Below, one piece after another: positions 1 through 11,725 of a stretch of DNA of 40,711 nt. How positions within the stretch are numbered: position 1 is the first letter of the stretch; each line of letters begins with the position of its first letter. The translations under genes and the position numbers were made by a program. A model generated the notes under the pieces. The model was not told the origin of the DNA, made no database searches, and saw only the letters and a list, made by a program, of their open reading frames with translations. This DNA is from Streblomastix strix (Eukaryota). The stretch is taken from the NCBI GenBank assembly GCA_008636045.1, contig SNRW01000021.1, positions 1 through 40,711 of the forward strand. Reading direction: 5' to 3'.

Positions 1-2299
1 TGGATTAATGGATCAATTTAATGCACAACAAGGATTTATAGCATGTGATTTTGAAACACTGAATGATTAATATATTGAGAAAATAACAGATTAACCAGCA
101 CTTCAATCAAATTTATCTAGATTAACATTTGCATAATACAGAAGTGATCCCGAATTAAGACAAATCATATGAATTAGTTAAGAGATGTTATACCCTATTC
201 GATGAATTATCCGATGATTATTAGGAGTAATTATAAAATTATGGATTACCACCCAATTCATCATTTGTTCATCTATGGCTTGCATAAGCATTTGAGTCAG
301 CAGAATAGATATATTAGGGTATGAAGTATGACGATGAAAATATTCCTTTTGACAAATGTGTTAAAGTACTTGGATGGAATAGTTCAAGATTTGATATTGC
401 TCTGTTATGGGATGCATTAGACTGTGAACTTTGGTCAATGAGTGCACCTATTGGCAATCTCAATAATACTAAATCAATTACAGTAACACATAAGAAGTCA
501 CACATGAAACTATAATTCATTGATGCAGAGAATTTATTTGGACCAATGACATTAAAAGCTTGCGTTAAAGATTATGAAGATAAATCTGAGCATAAAGATG
601 TATTTCCTTATGAAATTATTAATTCATGCAATTGGAAGGATGTATTAGTGAAAGCAGAACCATTTGAATATGAAGATTTTAAATCATAGCTCAAAAGAGG
701 TTATTCTATATCAAAAGATGAATACGATTAATATTTGATTGACTTCAAGAGATTCACCAACAGGTTAGAACACCTCAAATACTATAACATTAATGACACA
801 GAGATTATGGTTAAACCATTAATGAACTTAATTGATACGTTTGAATAATTCAATATAAATGAACTAACTTATGATGAATAATCAAACAAAGTGATCTCAT
901 AAAATAATGAAAATGTCACTACACACGTATTTGCTCTTGATGGTAATAGTCTTTATCCAAGATCATATTCATCAGTCAAAAATGAAAATATACCTTGCAC
1001 TGATCATAGAATTTATATGGTATGCAGATCGAGATTTTATTCATTAAAACCATATGTAATAAAAAACTGTATAAATTAGAGAAAGGATATATTTATAGCA
1101 AAAGTCAAAGGCTACTTTCCTAAATCAGAGCACAATAACCTCCTTGCACTACCCCCTATATTTAGAAATATTGAGATTGAAAATAAGGAAGAAGTGATAG
1201 GTGAATATATATATACTCACAAGCTCAAAAACATTCACTTCCAATGACAAAGAAAGATAGAAAATTGACAACATTACTCGACACTAACGACTAATTTATG
1301 GTATTCAATAACTATTATCTTTGGCTACTCATAGATCTCGGCTTCATCATCACTGACTATAAGGCTATTGCAGTCTTTGAGAAAAATGCGGCATATGAAC
1401 CTTTCGTTAGGACAATGATGATTTTGAGAATATAAGCTATATTAGCAGGATCAACTAAAGAGAAATTCTATAAGCTTATAATTAATTCATCGTATGGATA
1501 TGACACATTAAATACAGAGAAATTTGGTAAAATAAAGATGCTAGATAAAGCTGGTACTTTCATCGCATAACATCATCCTAATCACATGGGTACTAAACGT
1601 ATTAGTGCTAACACATTTGCAGTTTAAATTAAGCCTAAAACAGCAAATTGCTTCATATCAATTCATTCGGGAGTCTTTACACTAGATAATGCAAAATATT
1701 GGTATCTCAATTATATATACTACTTCATGTATAAGTGCTTAGACGGCGAACGATTTCATTTTGTTCTTGCAGATACTGATTCAATATATATATCAACAGC
1801 AAGGGACAAAGATAAATATTGTCAATAATAATTTGAGTCAATAGTAACAGATAAGAAATTCTATGACTAACATGTGTACTAATATTTGCCAAATCATAAT
1901 AAAGACATCTATGACTATAAAAAGAAACTTGGATTTGGTTTTGAAAATGAATGATATGTAATTACATCATTAGGACCTAAGTGCTATTCATTGATTGTAC
2001 ACAAATGGAACAAAGAAAAATAATAATTTGAATTTATTCCAAAAATTTCATCTAAAGGAATCAGTAAAACATAAAAAATAACTCATAAGGATTATATCAA
2101 TTTAATTAATAAAGATATAGTGAAAAAAGGCATTAATCGAACACTAAAAATATTTGATAATGTTATTTGCAGCATTCAGGTTGAAAAGTATGCACTAAAA
2201 GGATACAATAATAGATCAATACTATTTAGGAATTAATGTTATTGTCCTTATATTAAAGGGTTGACAGCCAAAAATTATCAAATCAAAGAATATTAATGA
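1..2299 (+). pseudogene. Protein-primed family B DNA polymerase (pPolB), copy 1, 5' partial
   Basis: With TAR=Gln: ExoI IACDFETL (~38-61), ExoII VLGWNSSRFD (~366), ExoIII YYNINDT (~780), ALDGNSLYP (~935), KLIINSSYG (~1472), LADTDSIY (~1770). Frameshift at the ATAT run ~1210 and an in-frame TGA at ~1952; ends at TGA 2297-2299. Confidence 0.93.
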
Positions 2300-2327
2300 A
2301 ATATTATTATTTATTATTTAATCTAAA

Positions 2328-2400
2328 ATGGAAACTATATAACAATATTTAATTCAAATTGCGACTAGCAATAAAAAGAAAAAATTATAATAACTAATAA
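2328..2400 (+). pseudogene. Truncated start of the viral ORF that follows pPolB (METIQQYLIQIATSN...)
   Basis: Same position after polB, same upstream TTTAATCTAAAATG and a similar N-terminus to the ORF starting at 18364 (-). Confidence 0.55.
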
Positions 2401-2403
2401 TTT

Positions 2404-2824
2404 TCACTCATCCTCTACAACATAATCATCTAACTAATTCATGAAGTCATACAGAAATAATCTTGCATTTTCCAATGTCATTGTTTCATTAAATGTTGGT
2501 TATTTTCTTAGTTTTATTTTCTTCATATTATCTTCATTTCATTTCTCTTCTTATGCGCCATTCAGCTATCTCTTATTTTATGCTTTTTCTATATCTTTTG
2601 CAATAGGAATTGTAAATATTTCTTCTCCTTCATCATCTGTAGTGTCAGGAATTTCACTTAATTTACCATTCCAAAATGCTGCATAGCCTACTTATATCAA
2701 TTTCATCATTTAAGCTTTTCTTTATTCAGCCTGCCTTGCAATGAAATATTGGTTGTATGCTTATTTTATTGCTTCACTCAATTTCTTATATATAGCTAGT
2801 GATTTAGCATCTTCTCCAACAAAT
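2404..2824 (-). pseudogene. 3' half of an unknown viral gene split by a transposon insertion
   Basis: FVGEDAKSLAIYKKLSEAIKQAYNQYF...LDDYVVEDE* with one internal TGA at 2539-2541. Joins in frame to 6784-7536 when 2825-6783 is removed. Confidence 0.75.
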
Positions 2825-2990
2825 GGGTCTTTCCATACGAAAATGACAAGAAAAATTCAAATATGTATAAGCAATCTTAAAAATATATTAGTGTTCATGT
2901 TCTCTAACTCCAAAATTGTAATTATTGCTTAAACATTGAGATAAAAAATTTAGATACCATTTTAAAAATGAATCAAATTTATGAAAAAAG
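2825..2990 (+). repeat. Left terminal inverted repeat
   Basis: Reverse complement of ~6610-6775. By hand alignment 51 of the first 60 nt are identical, and similarity continues to ...TTTTAAAAATGAATCAAATTTATG. Confidence 0.88.
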
Positions 2991-3482
2991 TTTTTAAATA
3001 TTTATTTTCTTTGAATAATATTTATTTTTCTAGTATATTATTTTAAATTCAAATATATAAGTAAATTCCTCCAAATATCACATTTACCCAATGAAACAAT
3101 GTTTTTCTAAAACATTCATCAGCATTTACACTACGTTCTATATAAATATAAATTTTCTATTTTATGTTTTTTTAAAAATTATAATGGTATCGTATTTGAA
3201 TTATAAATATAATTTTTACAATATAAGAAATAAGCATTCCATTGTTCATTTTTTTCTTTATAAAATTTACATTTTATCTATCTATATTAGTAGAAATATA
3301 AAATTTATTAAAATATATATATATATATATTATTTAATTAAACAAGTTGGTTTGTGCAGTCTAAATATGATAATTTTTTCATCTTAGAAATTTCTCTTGA
3401 CATTCAATAATTATTATTGTTATTTATAAAAAATAAATTTACTTTTATTTTTAAATTAGTTTTAATAAAACATTTTTATTAA

Positions 3483-4620
3483 TTCAAGTAGAATTTCCAA
3501 CGAAATCCAGTTGTTGTTGCATCAAGCATTATTGAAGTCTGCTGAAATGTGGATTAATATTTGGCTACAGCGATTGAAGCTATATTTCAATATCTTGCAA
3601 TATAGGTGAATGGACAATATTTTATTTATTTTTTTGAATATTTACAAAAATATTTTGTATATTAATTAGGATAAAATAGATGAAACAGTTATTGATCATT
3701 TATTCAAATCGGTAAGACTCATTATTGCACTTTAAAAATGGAGAAGAGCTCAAGAATATTATATATTATTTTATTCTTTTAATATTATATTATGTATTCA
3801 TTTATTATTCAGATTGAAAGAGAGAAAAGAAACAGGGAATAAACTAAGAGAGAAATGGAGAAGGAGAAAGAATAGGTAAAGAAAGGAATTGAAAATTCTA
3901 TACAGGTTCAGTGAAATGCAGGTAATCATATAATGATTATAAATATCTGATATTATATATTCAATATTTTAATTTTATATAAGGATTCACATTCTAACAT
4001 TCATCATTTGCTGGAGAAAATGCAGATGAAGTTGATGAAGCTGAGTTTGGAATTGAGGATAATGAGATTGATGTGAATAATAATGAAAATCAATAGAAAG
4101 ATATAGATAATAATAACACAGAAGCAAGTCAATCTTCATCATCATCTAAATAATCTCTGCTTGAATTTCAGAAACAATCATATTCATTGATTGAATGCAT
4201 CGCTGCATTTCGAGCTATTTCATTCTTGCTTCATGTTATGATATTTGATGAAAGATAGAAAAAAAGGAGAATAAAATACAATAATAAGAAATTGGAGAAG
4301 GATAAGGGGAAATTGAAATTTATTTCTTACTTATAAGCCGTTCGAGTTCGTATTAAACTAATTCTTTTTCCATTTCTTCTTTATCTATAAGAACATCAGA
4401 ATTTTTTAATTGTGCTGTAATCTTTCCTTTCATTGACTTGAAAGGAGAAACTGATGAAGGTTCAGTTTCATCTGATATTATTCAAGCTTAAAGAATAATA
4501 TCTACGATTTCAAAATTAATATATATCTTAAAATTGTCTACTTTTAGTTTTTATACCTTATTATTTAACTTTTCTACATCATATTCTATAATTGTTTGTG
4601 ATAAACTGTTTGGTACTTCA
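3483..4620 (+). pseudogene. Captured host-type gene fragment with retained introns, unknown product
   Basis: Frame is preserved across GT-AG introns 3606-3669, 3712-3812 and 3922-3983 (…ATAIEAIFQYLAIQ/DKIDETVIDHLFKS/IEREKR…/GFTFQHSSFAGENADEVDEAEFG…). Two internal TGA; no start codon identified. Confidence 0.65.
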
Positions 4621-5079
4621 ACGAGTAGGAAGTCCATGAGTCCATGAAACGAGTTGATCCCTAACGATTGCAAATTATGTTTCAGAAGATTGGCATAGTT
4701 ACCAAAGATGGAACCAGAGATAGAGTCTACATCCGACTTCCTATGCTACGGTTCGAAGTAGTTCAGTTTGAATGTAAATTCGCCGGACTTGAAATAGGGA
4801 CCACCATCTTACTACAACTAAAAGTTGTATACAGAAATGAACTCTGGTCGTTTCAAGATGCTTTCTAAGCTCTACAGAATTACTTATGAGGTTTGGCCCA
4901 ATGCACGAGACAGTACTGTATAAATTCTCTTAGTAATTCAAAGCAAACCACCAAAATATACCACTAAAGCCAAATAATATACAGGAGATCTGTCGAAAAA
5001 CTAAAACAAACCAAATCCTATAACTAATTAAGTTAAAAATTCTCCTTGAAGTCTCAAACCATGACCGCTTCACCAATCT

Positions 5080-6160
5080 TTAATTCCTTTTTTATGTTGA
5101 TTAAATTTATTTTTAAAAGTTTTTTCTCTTTGTTCATGCTTCTCTACTTCTCTATGAAGATTTTATTCATCCTATGATAATTGTTCTATTTTTTTATTTT
5201 TAATTTTTCTTCTTTAATTTTAATTTATCAACAAAATATTTCCAAGAACACAAGTCAGTTCTTCTAGTAGGATACACAACATTCTTAGTGATTTGGTAGA
5301 AGAACGATCTTGATATCGAGAGAGAAAGGGAAACAGCTGATTCAAAATTGTATACATTCTATTTTTTATGTAATAACATATTCTTTTCTATATAAATAAT
5401 AAGAAAAAACCTGTGAATTTTGTGGTTCATAGATTGTTGAATGAAGGAAGTTGATCAAATTGTCCTTATTGAATCTGTTGCAGCTGTTTATTTGTCTCAT
5501 TTTTCATTATATATTCAATAACATTTTAGTTTTTCTTAATTTTCAATTCCGTCATTGTTTTTTCTTTATAATTATCATCATTTTTTTAATCAATGAATGA
5601 TAATCTATTTTTTCTTTCCTATAATTTTTTATCACTTAAATTTTTTTTTTTTTCTATTTCAATAATTTGATTTAATGCTATTTATGAGTTAATTTGAGGA
5701 GATCTTGAAGAAGATTCTGGAGAAAATGAGGATGACTTGACTAGACTTGTTCTTTCCGTAATGATAGGTGTTCTTTCTTCATCTTTGTTAAATATTTTTC
5801 TAGATTGCTCAAATTCTTCTTTGTAAATTTCAGCAAACGAATTATCTTCAAGTTCTGCTTTTTATCTTCTTCTTTTTTTTGCTTTTAATTGTTTTTTTAA
5901 ATACTTACTTTATCCATATTAAATATTTTCAATAATTTTCTATTTTAATAATTAAATTTCTTAATTTTTTGCATTCTCGTCATGCAGCTAATGATGATAG
6001 TATGTTTGCTGCTATTGGTTCTAATGAATTTGTGTGAATTCTATTTGAAATTATATATATTTAAATTTTATAATATTTATATTTGAATATTTATTTAATA
6101 GTATAACTAACCTTATATAATAATCTTTGAATCAATATCTATGTACTCTTTATTGAATAA
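5080..6160 (-). pseudogene. Captured host-type low-complexity/coiled-coil gene fragment
   Basis: Minus frame AELEDNSFAEIYKEEFEQSRKIFNKDEERTPIITERTSLVKSSSFSPESSSRSP, with a probable intron at ~6042-6111. Frameshifted. Confidence 0.5.
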
Positions 6161-6609
6161 AATTATAAAAAAGCAATTTTTTCTATAAAAATTTTTAATT
6201 ATTCAATAAAAATTATTATTTATTCATAGATTTTGTTTATTATGTTAAATAAGTTAAATTTAAAAGAAAAAAATGAAGCTTAATATTGTTGCAAGGTCTA
6301 ACGCTGTGATTGCAACTAATTCATTAATATTTTTTCGAAGTTCTTTTGTATTGATTGGCTTATTAGTAATCATCCCTTTTTGGCTGTTCAGTACTATGAG
6401 GATGTTATTGGATAATCAACTTATTATTTCAAATCAACAAATCTAAACTATGTATAAAAGATTGCTCGAAAAGATGTTTTTAATCCCTAATCTAAACATA
6501 ATTCCAAAACTTATTCTTTGATTAAAATATTTGAAAATTGGTTATTTGATATATTTAGTGAAATTTTATCTTTTATAATTTTATTATTTGGATATAGAAT
6601 TGCTTCCGT

Positions 6610-6775
6610 ATCTTTTAACATAAATTTGATTCATTTTTAAAATAGTATCAAAATTTTTGATCGATATTTAAGCAATAATTGCAATTATGGAATAAGATAA
6701 CAGTTTTACTAAAATTATTTTAAGATTGTATATACCCATTTGAACTTTTCTTGTCGTTATCGTATGGACAGAACC
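6610..6775 (-). repeat. Right terminal inverted repeat
   Basis: Reverse complement of 2825-2990. Confidence 0.88.
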
Positions 6776-6783
6776 AAAGAAAT

Positions 6784-7536
6784 GGCTTTAATACGATTTA
6801 TTATAATATTGTGATAACTTTGGTGCAAACAATACCTTTCAAAATTCTCCCTCCAATAACAGAATATACTTAAGCAGCAGTATAACCACGATTTTTCAAG
6901 AATGGTGACAAATCGTATTTTATATAATGTCTATATCCATTTGCAGGCTTATCTTCTTCTTTCCATGCTTTATAACTTTACCAAGCTAAGTCTTCTTTAG
7001 TTTGATTTTCACTATAATATTTAGTTATTCTTTCATGTTCAATAGGAATTGTAATTATAAGACTATCAGCTACTTGAATAAATCCATTCTTATCATATAT
7101 AACAAACTCTGGAAATTTATCTCCTTTAATATCTTCAAATGTTCCTTTTCAATCCAGATATTTTCCTTTTTTATGTGATTTCCATTCGTCAAATGATGGT
7201 TAACTTGACCACATTTTCTTGAATTGAATATCTATATTTTTACTAATCAAATCCATTAATGGAGCACTTGCTTACTATCTTGATTAACATTAATATATTT
7301 TTCGCCTATCTCTTGTTAAATAATCAATTGTTTAATAATCTTCTTTTGCTTCCATCTCCTTTTATTACTATGCTGTCCTTAAAAATTTTTGATTATACTT
7401 ATTATTTGGTTATATTAACACACTATATGTATAATAATTGTTTTTTTTATTGTTTCTGTCCTCTACGAGAGGGATAACCTAATTTATCTGCTACATATGG
7501 TTGTTAATATGAACTTTATTAAGTTTGTTCTTCCAT
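6784..7536 (-). pseudogene. 5' half of the split unknown viral gene
   Basis: ATG 7536 MEEQTQQSSYQQPYVADKLGYPSRRG...EDIKGDKFPEFVIYDKNG...VLKP, with frameshifts and an internal TGA. Divergent from the ATPase. Confidence 0.72.
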
Positions 7537-7568
7537 TTAGTTTAAGCAAAAAAATTGATATCAACTAC

Positions 7569-8385
7569 ATGTCAATCATTAGTTTCAACTATAAATAAAT
7601 GCCTAATCATTCGGTAACGCAATATGTAAATGAATTACTAGATAGTTAAGTCACTAATAGACATGAGATATAAAGTACATTTTAGAAGAAAATTAACTTT
7701 ACGTATAATTCTATTAACTTATTTATTAGATAAAGAGGAAGTGGTAAGTCACATAAAGTATTTATAGAATTAATCAAATTGAGTATAGATTAAGAACTGT
7801 TATACATTACTTATTTATGTTACTGATACCAATAATGATTAAACATATAAGAAAATGAGTGTTTTAATCAACATTCCAACAAAGATTGTCACTTATGGTG
7901 AAATTTATTCTCTACTTAATGATTTAAAAGAAGTTAAAGCAGTTTATGATACAGTAATTGTGAAATATCTAATAAATTAGCATATATAAGATTCAAAATA
8001 GCAAATTCTTTCTACTGTTGGAGCATAAAATTTTAAAATGAAATATCCTCATATTTTAGTTTTTTTTGATAATGCAATGTCAGTGTTTAGAAATAAGTAT
8101 TTATCATTATTCAGAAAGATATTCAAGAAAAGATAGCCAAGAATCACTTGGTTTCTATGCTTATAAGATATAATTGGTTTTGATGCAAGTACAAAAGTAA
8201 ATATAGATACAATATATTTTTTCAGTAGATTCAATAGATAGAAATTTAACTTATTTTATTATTAATCTTCTTAACCATTTGAGAAAGATAAAGTATGGGA
8301 ATAATATTTAAATTTAACAAAGAGATAGGCTTTAATAGTATAATACAGTAATGACGGTACAAAAATAAAGATATTTGATTCATGA
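7569..8385 (+). CDS. A32/FtsK-HerA-like genome packaging ATPase (probably decayed)
   Basis: Walker A LFIRQRGSGKS (first Gly mutated), Walker B HILVFFDNAM (DD>DN), and RQPRITWFLCLQD with the conserved Q encoded by TAA (8164-8166). Apparent frameshift ~7790. Confidence 0.85.
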
Positions 8386-8449
8386 AATTTCATCAATTGA
8401 AAAAAATTTCTTATAATTTAATACACTAATTAATTTATCAAATTATTCA

Positions 8450-9409
8450 TTAACACTTATGGTATCGGTATGAATGCTACCAAATCTGTTGTTAGTCTAA
8501 AGGCTGTCTAATTTTTCATTATTTGTGTGTCACTTTCTCAGAGAGATTACATCATTGAGTTTTATAATACAAAATCTTTTGACACTAAATATCTTTTTTA
8601 ATTATTATATAGTCGTTTAATTCATCAATTCCTTATTTAATACAAGAAACTATTTGAACTCATCAATTGTATCAAATGTTATTAATTCAGATGAATACTT
8701 CTCAAATATTTTCAATTATGGTCGATAATTGTTCAATTTATTAACTATCTTCTATTTTGAGTCAAATATTACTCGACTCAATTTATTTGAAATAAATTCA
8801 TTCTTTTCAAAACACTAAATAGATTTCAAGTATAAATTATATATTATTTTAATCAATTAACTCACCATAAATATTTATCAACCAAAATTATGCGCATCTA
8901 TCATGATTTAATTGACGAAAGTGTTTCTAAGTTCACTATTCATCACATATACCTACAAACTAATCATTATCTTAATCTTCTTATCCAAATAGTGAATGTT
9001 AATAAAGATCTTAACCAACTAAAAACTTATTAGTTCTACAAAATACAAATATTATTTCTTTATTATTTATTGAAATGGCAAATTCTACAGGTAATAGAAA
9101 TTAGTTAGCCCCTTCATCTGTTTGTGTAGTTGAATTTTAAGGTAATATCATCCGATTTCTGTTAAATTATGAGATCATTTTATATTCCAAAAATAAAAAA
9201 ATTTCAATCATTGAGCTGTCCTTATCTTTAAAGATAAACATCACCAATGCGTATTAAATTTGCTACAAATTCAAACATTGAATATATATTTTTTACTTAT
9301 TTTTTCTTAAAGTCTATATTAAAATCTTAAATTATTTGTTTTATTAAATATAATAAATTTGTAGTTATGTTTATGGCTGCATAAATAATTCAAATATTGA
9401 TTTATCCAT
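8450..9409 (-). pseudogene. Decayed unknown viral ORF downstream of the MCP
   Basis: ATG at 9409 in the same TTTAATCTTAAATG context as another viral gene; patchy coding-like frames; no recognisable motif. Confidence 0.4.
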
Positions 9410-9477
9410 TTAAGATTAAATAAAAAAATAAAATATTAATTACTTTATTTGATAAATCAAAAAATAAAATTAATTAT

Positions 9478-11210
9478 TCATCCTTCAATCTATCTAATCA
9501 CCTCATCATATGTGTTATTTACATCACTAACACATGAACCTCCATTAGAAGGTCCAAACAACCAGAATGTATCTTGTATTGAGCACAAGATTGGAGCAGG
9601 TTGCCTTTCAACCATTAGATCAACATTATTGTAACAATCTATTTCACCCTGATAAACTACTGCTCCTCATAACTCTACTGACATATTTTAATTTTAAGTA
9701 TCTAATCCATCAAATGTTAGTGCACCATTACTATTATGTTTGCATTATAGTGCGATCATGAATGAGGTCAGATCAGTGTGAATATTCAATCTCCTTGAAG
9801 CCATGTTTCTTGATGTTTTCAAAGCATCTTCGAATTCATCAATTGCTTGGAATGACAGATCCAAGATACTTGCATTCAATTACGTTTAGAAGAATTATTA
9901 ATCTAGTGTATTCATTGGCGTATCAGGGAAATTTCATCCGCAAGTAGTAACTTACATATTATGATAGCATGGATTCTCAGAACAAGTTGTTGCTCTAGCA
10001 TCTTTAGGAAATAGCAAGCATAAGTCAGTAACATGAGATAATGGAATATTTTATTAAGTTCTTATTCCTGTTGACATAGTACTTTTTGGGAATGACCATG
10101 CTTCAACTCTCTATGAAGGTACAACAAATGGTCTATTAGCATAGAATTCACGAACTCTTTATAAGCAGTCATCAGTTATCTTATAGCCACTCATATTAGC
10201 TGCTGCTTCAGTTACAACGTAATTCTTTATTGATTATGTCACTGGACTAATGCAGTACATCAAATTCTTCATTCCATTATTTGTTATTTTTTTAATACTT
10301 ATTTTTTTAATTAAATCTGCAGTACATTCCATTTGAGTGAATTATTTAATATATTGATTTCCTAAACTCCAATTTTTAAAGAGTTGATCAATATTCTTCA
10401 ATTTATCAGGTCCGCTAGCCATAAGATCAGTCTTAATCATAGTGTAGTATTTAGCCATGCTGAAAATTAGATTAACTTATGCAAATACAAATGCATTGGG
10501 ATTAATTTTAAATTTAATATTCAAATCACCAAATAGTGAATTAGGATAGTCAGTAAACCTACTAAGTAACAGTATATCATCTAAAGGAATTGATAATCTA
10601 AATCTAATTGGCATAGTTTATAGAATAGAAACTTAATCTTTAATAGGTTCTTCTATCTCTTATTGTAATATAAGTTTCACAAACTGATTTATCAAACTTA
10701 TGTATATTTTCATAAAATGAATGAATATGTTTTCAATTATTTTTTTCACTTTTTGGCTTAATAGTATCATAGATAAATTATTCGATAGTTGAATCAATGT
10801 ACAATGTTCCATCAAAGTTTCTTCCTCTATGATAAATACAGTATTCTCTTAAAACTTAACTAGCTGATTTTAATCTAATGAATAATATAGTTCCAATTTT
10901 ATAAGACCCTTCAAATCCTTCAAATTTGTTATCAAATAATATATTTGCAGCAAGTTCTAATGAAATGAATGAATTTTGAATTTATGTTACATCATGATCA
11001 GTGTCAGATAAACTAATTAAAATTACCTTATCAAATAGTGCAATCATCTATGACTCAGGTTTAATTGTTTTGATTGAATAATTGCGTTCTCCATCATTTC
11101 TAAATGCATCAACGAAATTAATTTTTAATGTTGCTTCGACTGTTCAGAGTTATTGCAAATGCATTGACTTATTGAGAAAGCGGTTCATATATTATTTGAA
11201 GCAAAAATAT
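9478..11210 (-). pseudogene. Probable major capsid protein (double jelly-roll) of the Polinton-like virus
   Basis: ~570-codon intronless beta-rich ORF (TDHDVTQIQNSFISLEL...LKSASQVLREYCIYHRGR...PILCSIQDTFWLF...IEG*) inside the ATPase/fibre module. The call rests on size, position and recalled resemblance to metamonad Maverick capsids. Frameshifts present; start approximate. Confidence 0.65.
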
Positions 11211-11252
11211 AATAATCTTGTGTAGTATGTTAAACTTTGAAACGAATTATTT

Positions 11253-11677
11253 TCAAAAATATTCCTCACCAACTTCTTGAATAATGTATGGAGAACTTGT
11301 GTTAAATTGTGATCCATTTACATTTCAGTTTACAGAATTGCAAAATGAGTTCCTATAGTTCTGTTTATATTTCTTGAGATATTCGGATGAAGTCTTACGT
11401 ATCTATTATTTTGAATTGAGTATCTTACTCCAGGTTCATCAATGAAATTCCCTACATTATTTCTAAAATTTGTCAAGTTCATCAATCTGTCTTAACCATT
11501 ATTTGCATATATTGCATCTGAATAACTTGACGCAGCTTATAAGACTTTACTTACTATACGTGCAGCAAGGGCTTCGATAAATGGTTTAAAGGGCATATAT
11601 ATGTGTTAATTAGCCCAGTTAACTCCTTTTCTATATTTTTGTGCAATCTATTTGATTTTATGAAAGATTCCAGCCAT
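11253..11677 (-). CDS. Small viral protein with N-terminal amphipathic basic helix (pVI-like candidate)
   Basis: MAGIFHKIKQIAQKYRKGVNWANQHIYMPFKPFIEALAARIVSKVLQAASS, immediately upstream of the MCP. 3' end uncertain (probable frameshift). Confidence 0.6.
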
Positions 11678-11725
11678 TTTTATTGATGAAAATTAAGTAT
11701 CTTTAGATGCTGATTCGTATTAAAT

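Larger units (their letters stand above)
2825..6775. mobile_element. Non-autonomous TIR DNA transposon carrying host gene fragments (Pack-type)
   Basis: Inverted termini GGGTCTTTCCATACG.../...CGTATGGACAGAACC, flanking 8-bp direct repeats CAACAAAT (2817-2824) and AAAGAAAT (6776-6783), and excision restores an ORF. Confidence 0.82.

Noticed and set aside
9407..9421. Shared viral promoter motif TTTAATCTWAAATG
   Set aside because: Two of the three occurrences are homologous copies and the DNA is very AT-rich, so there is too little independent support.
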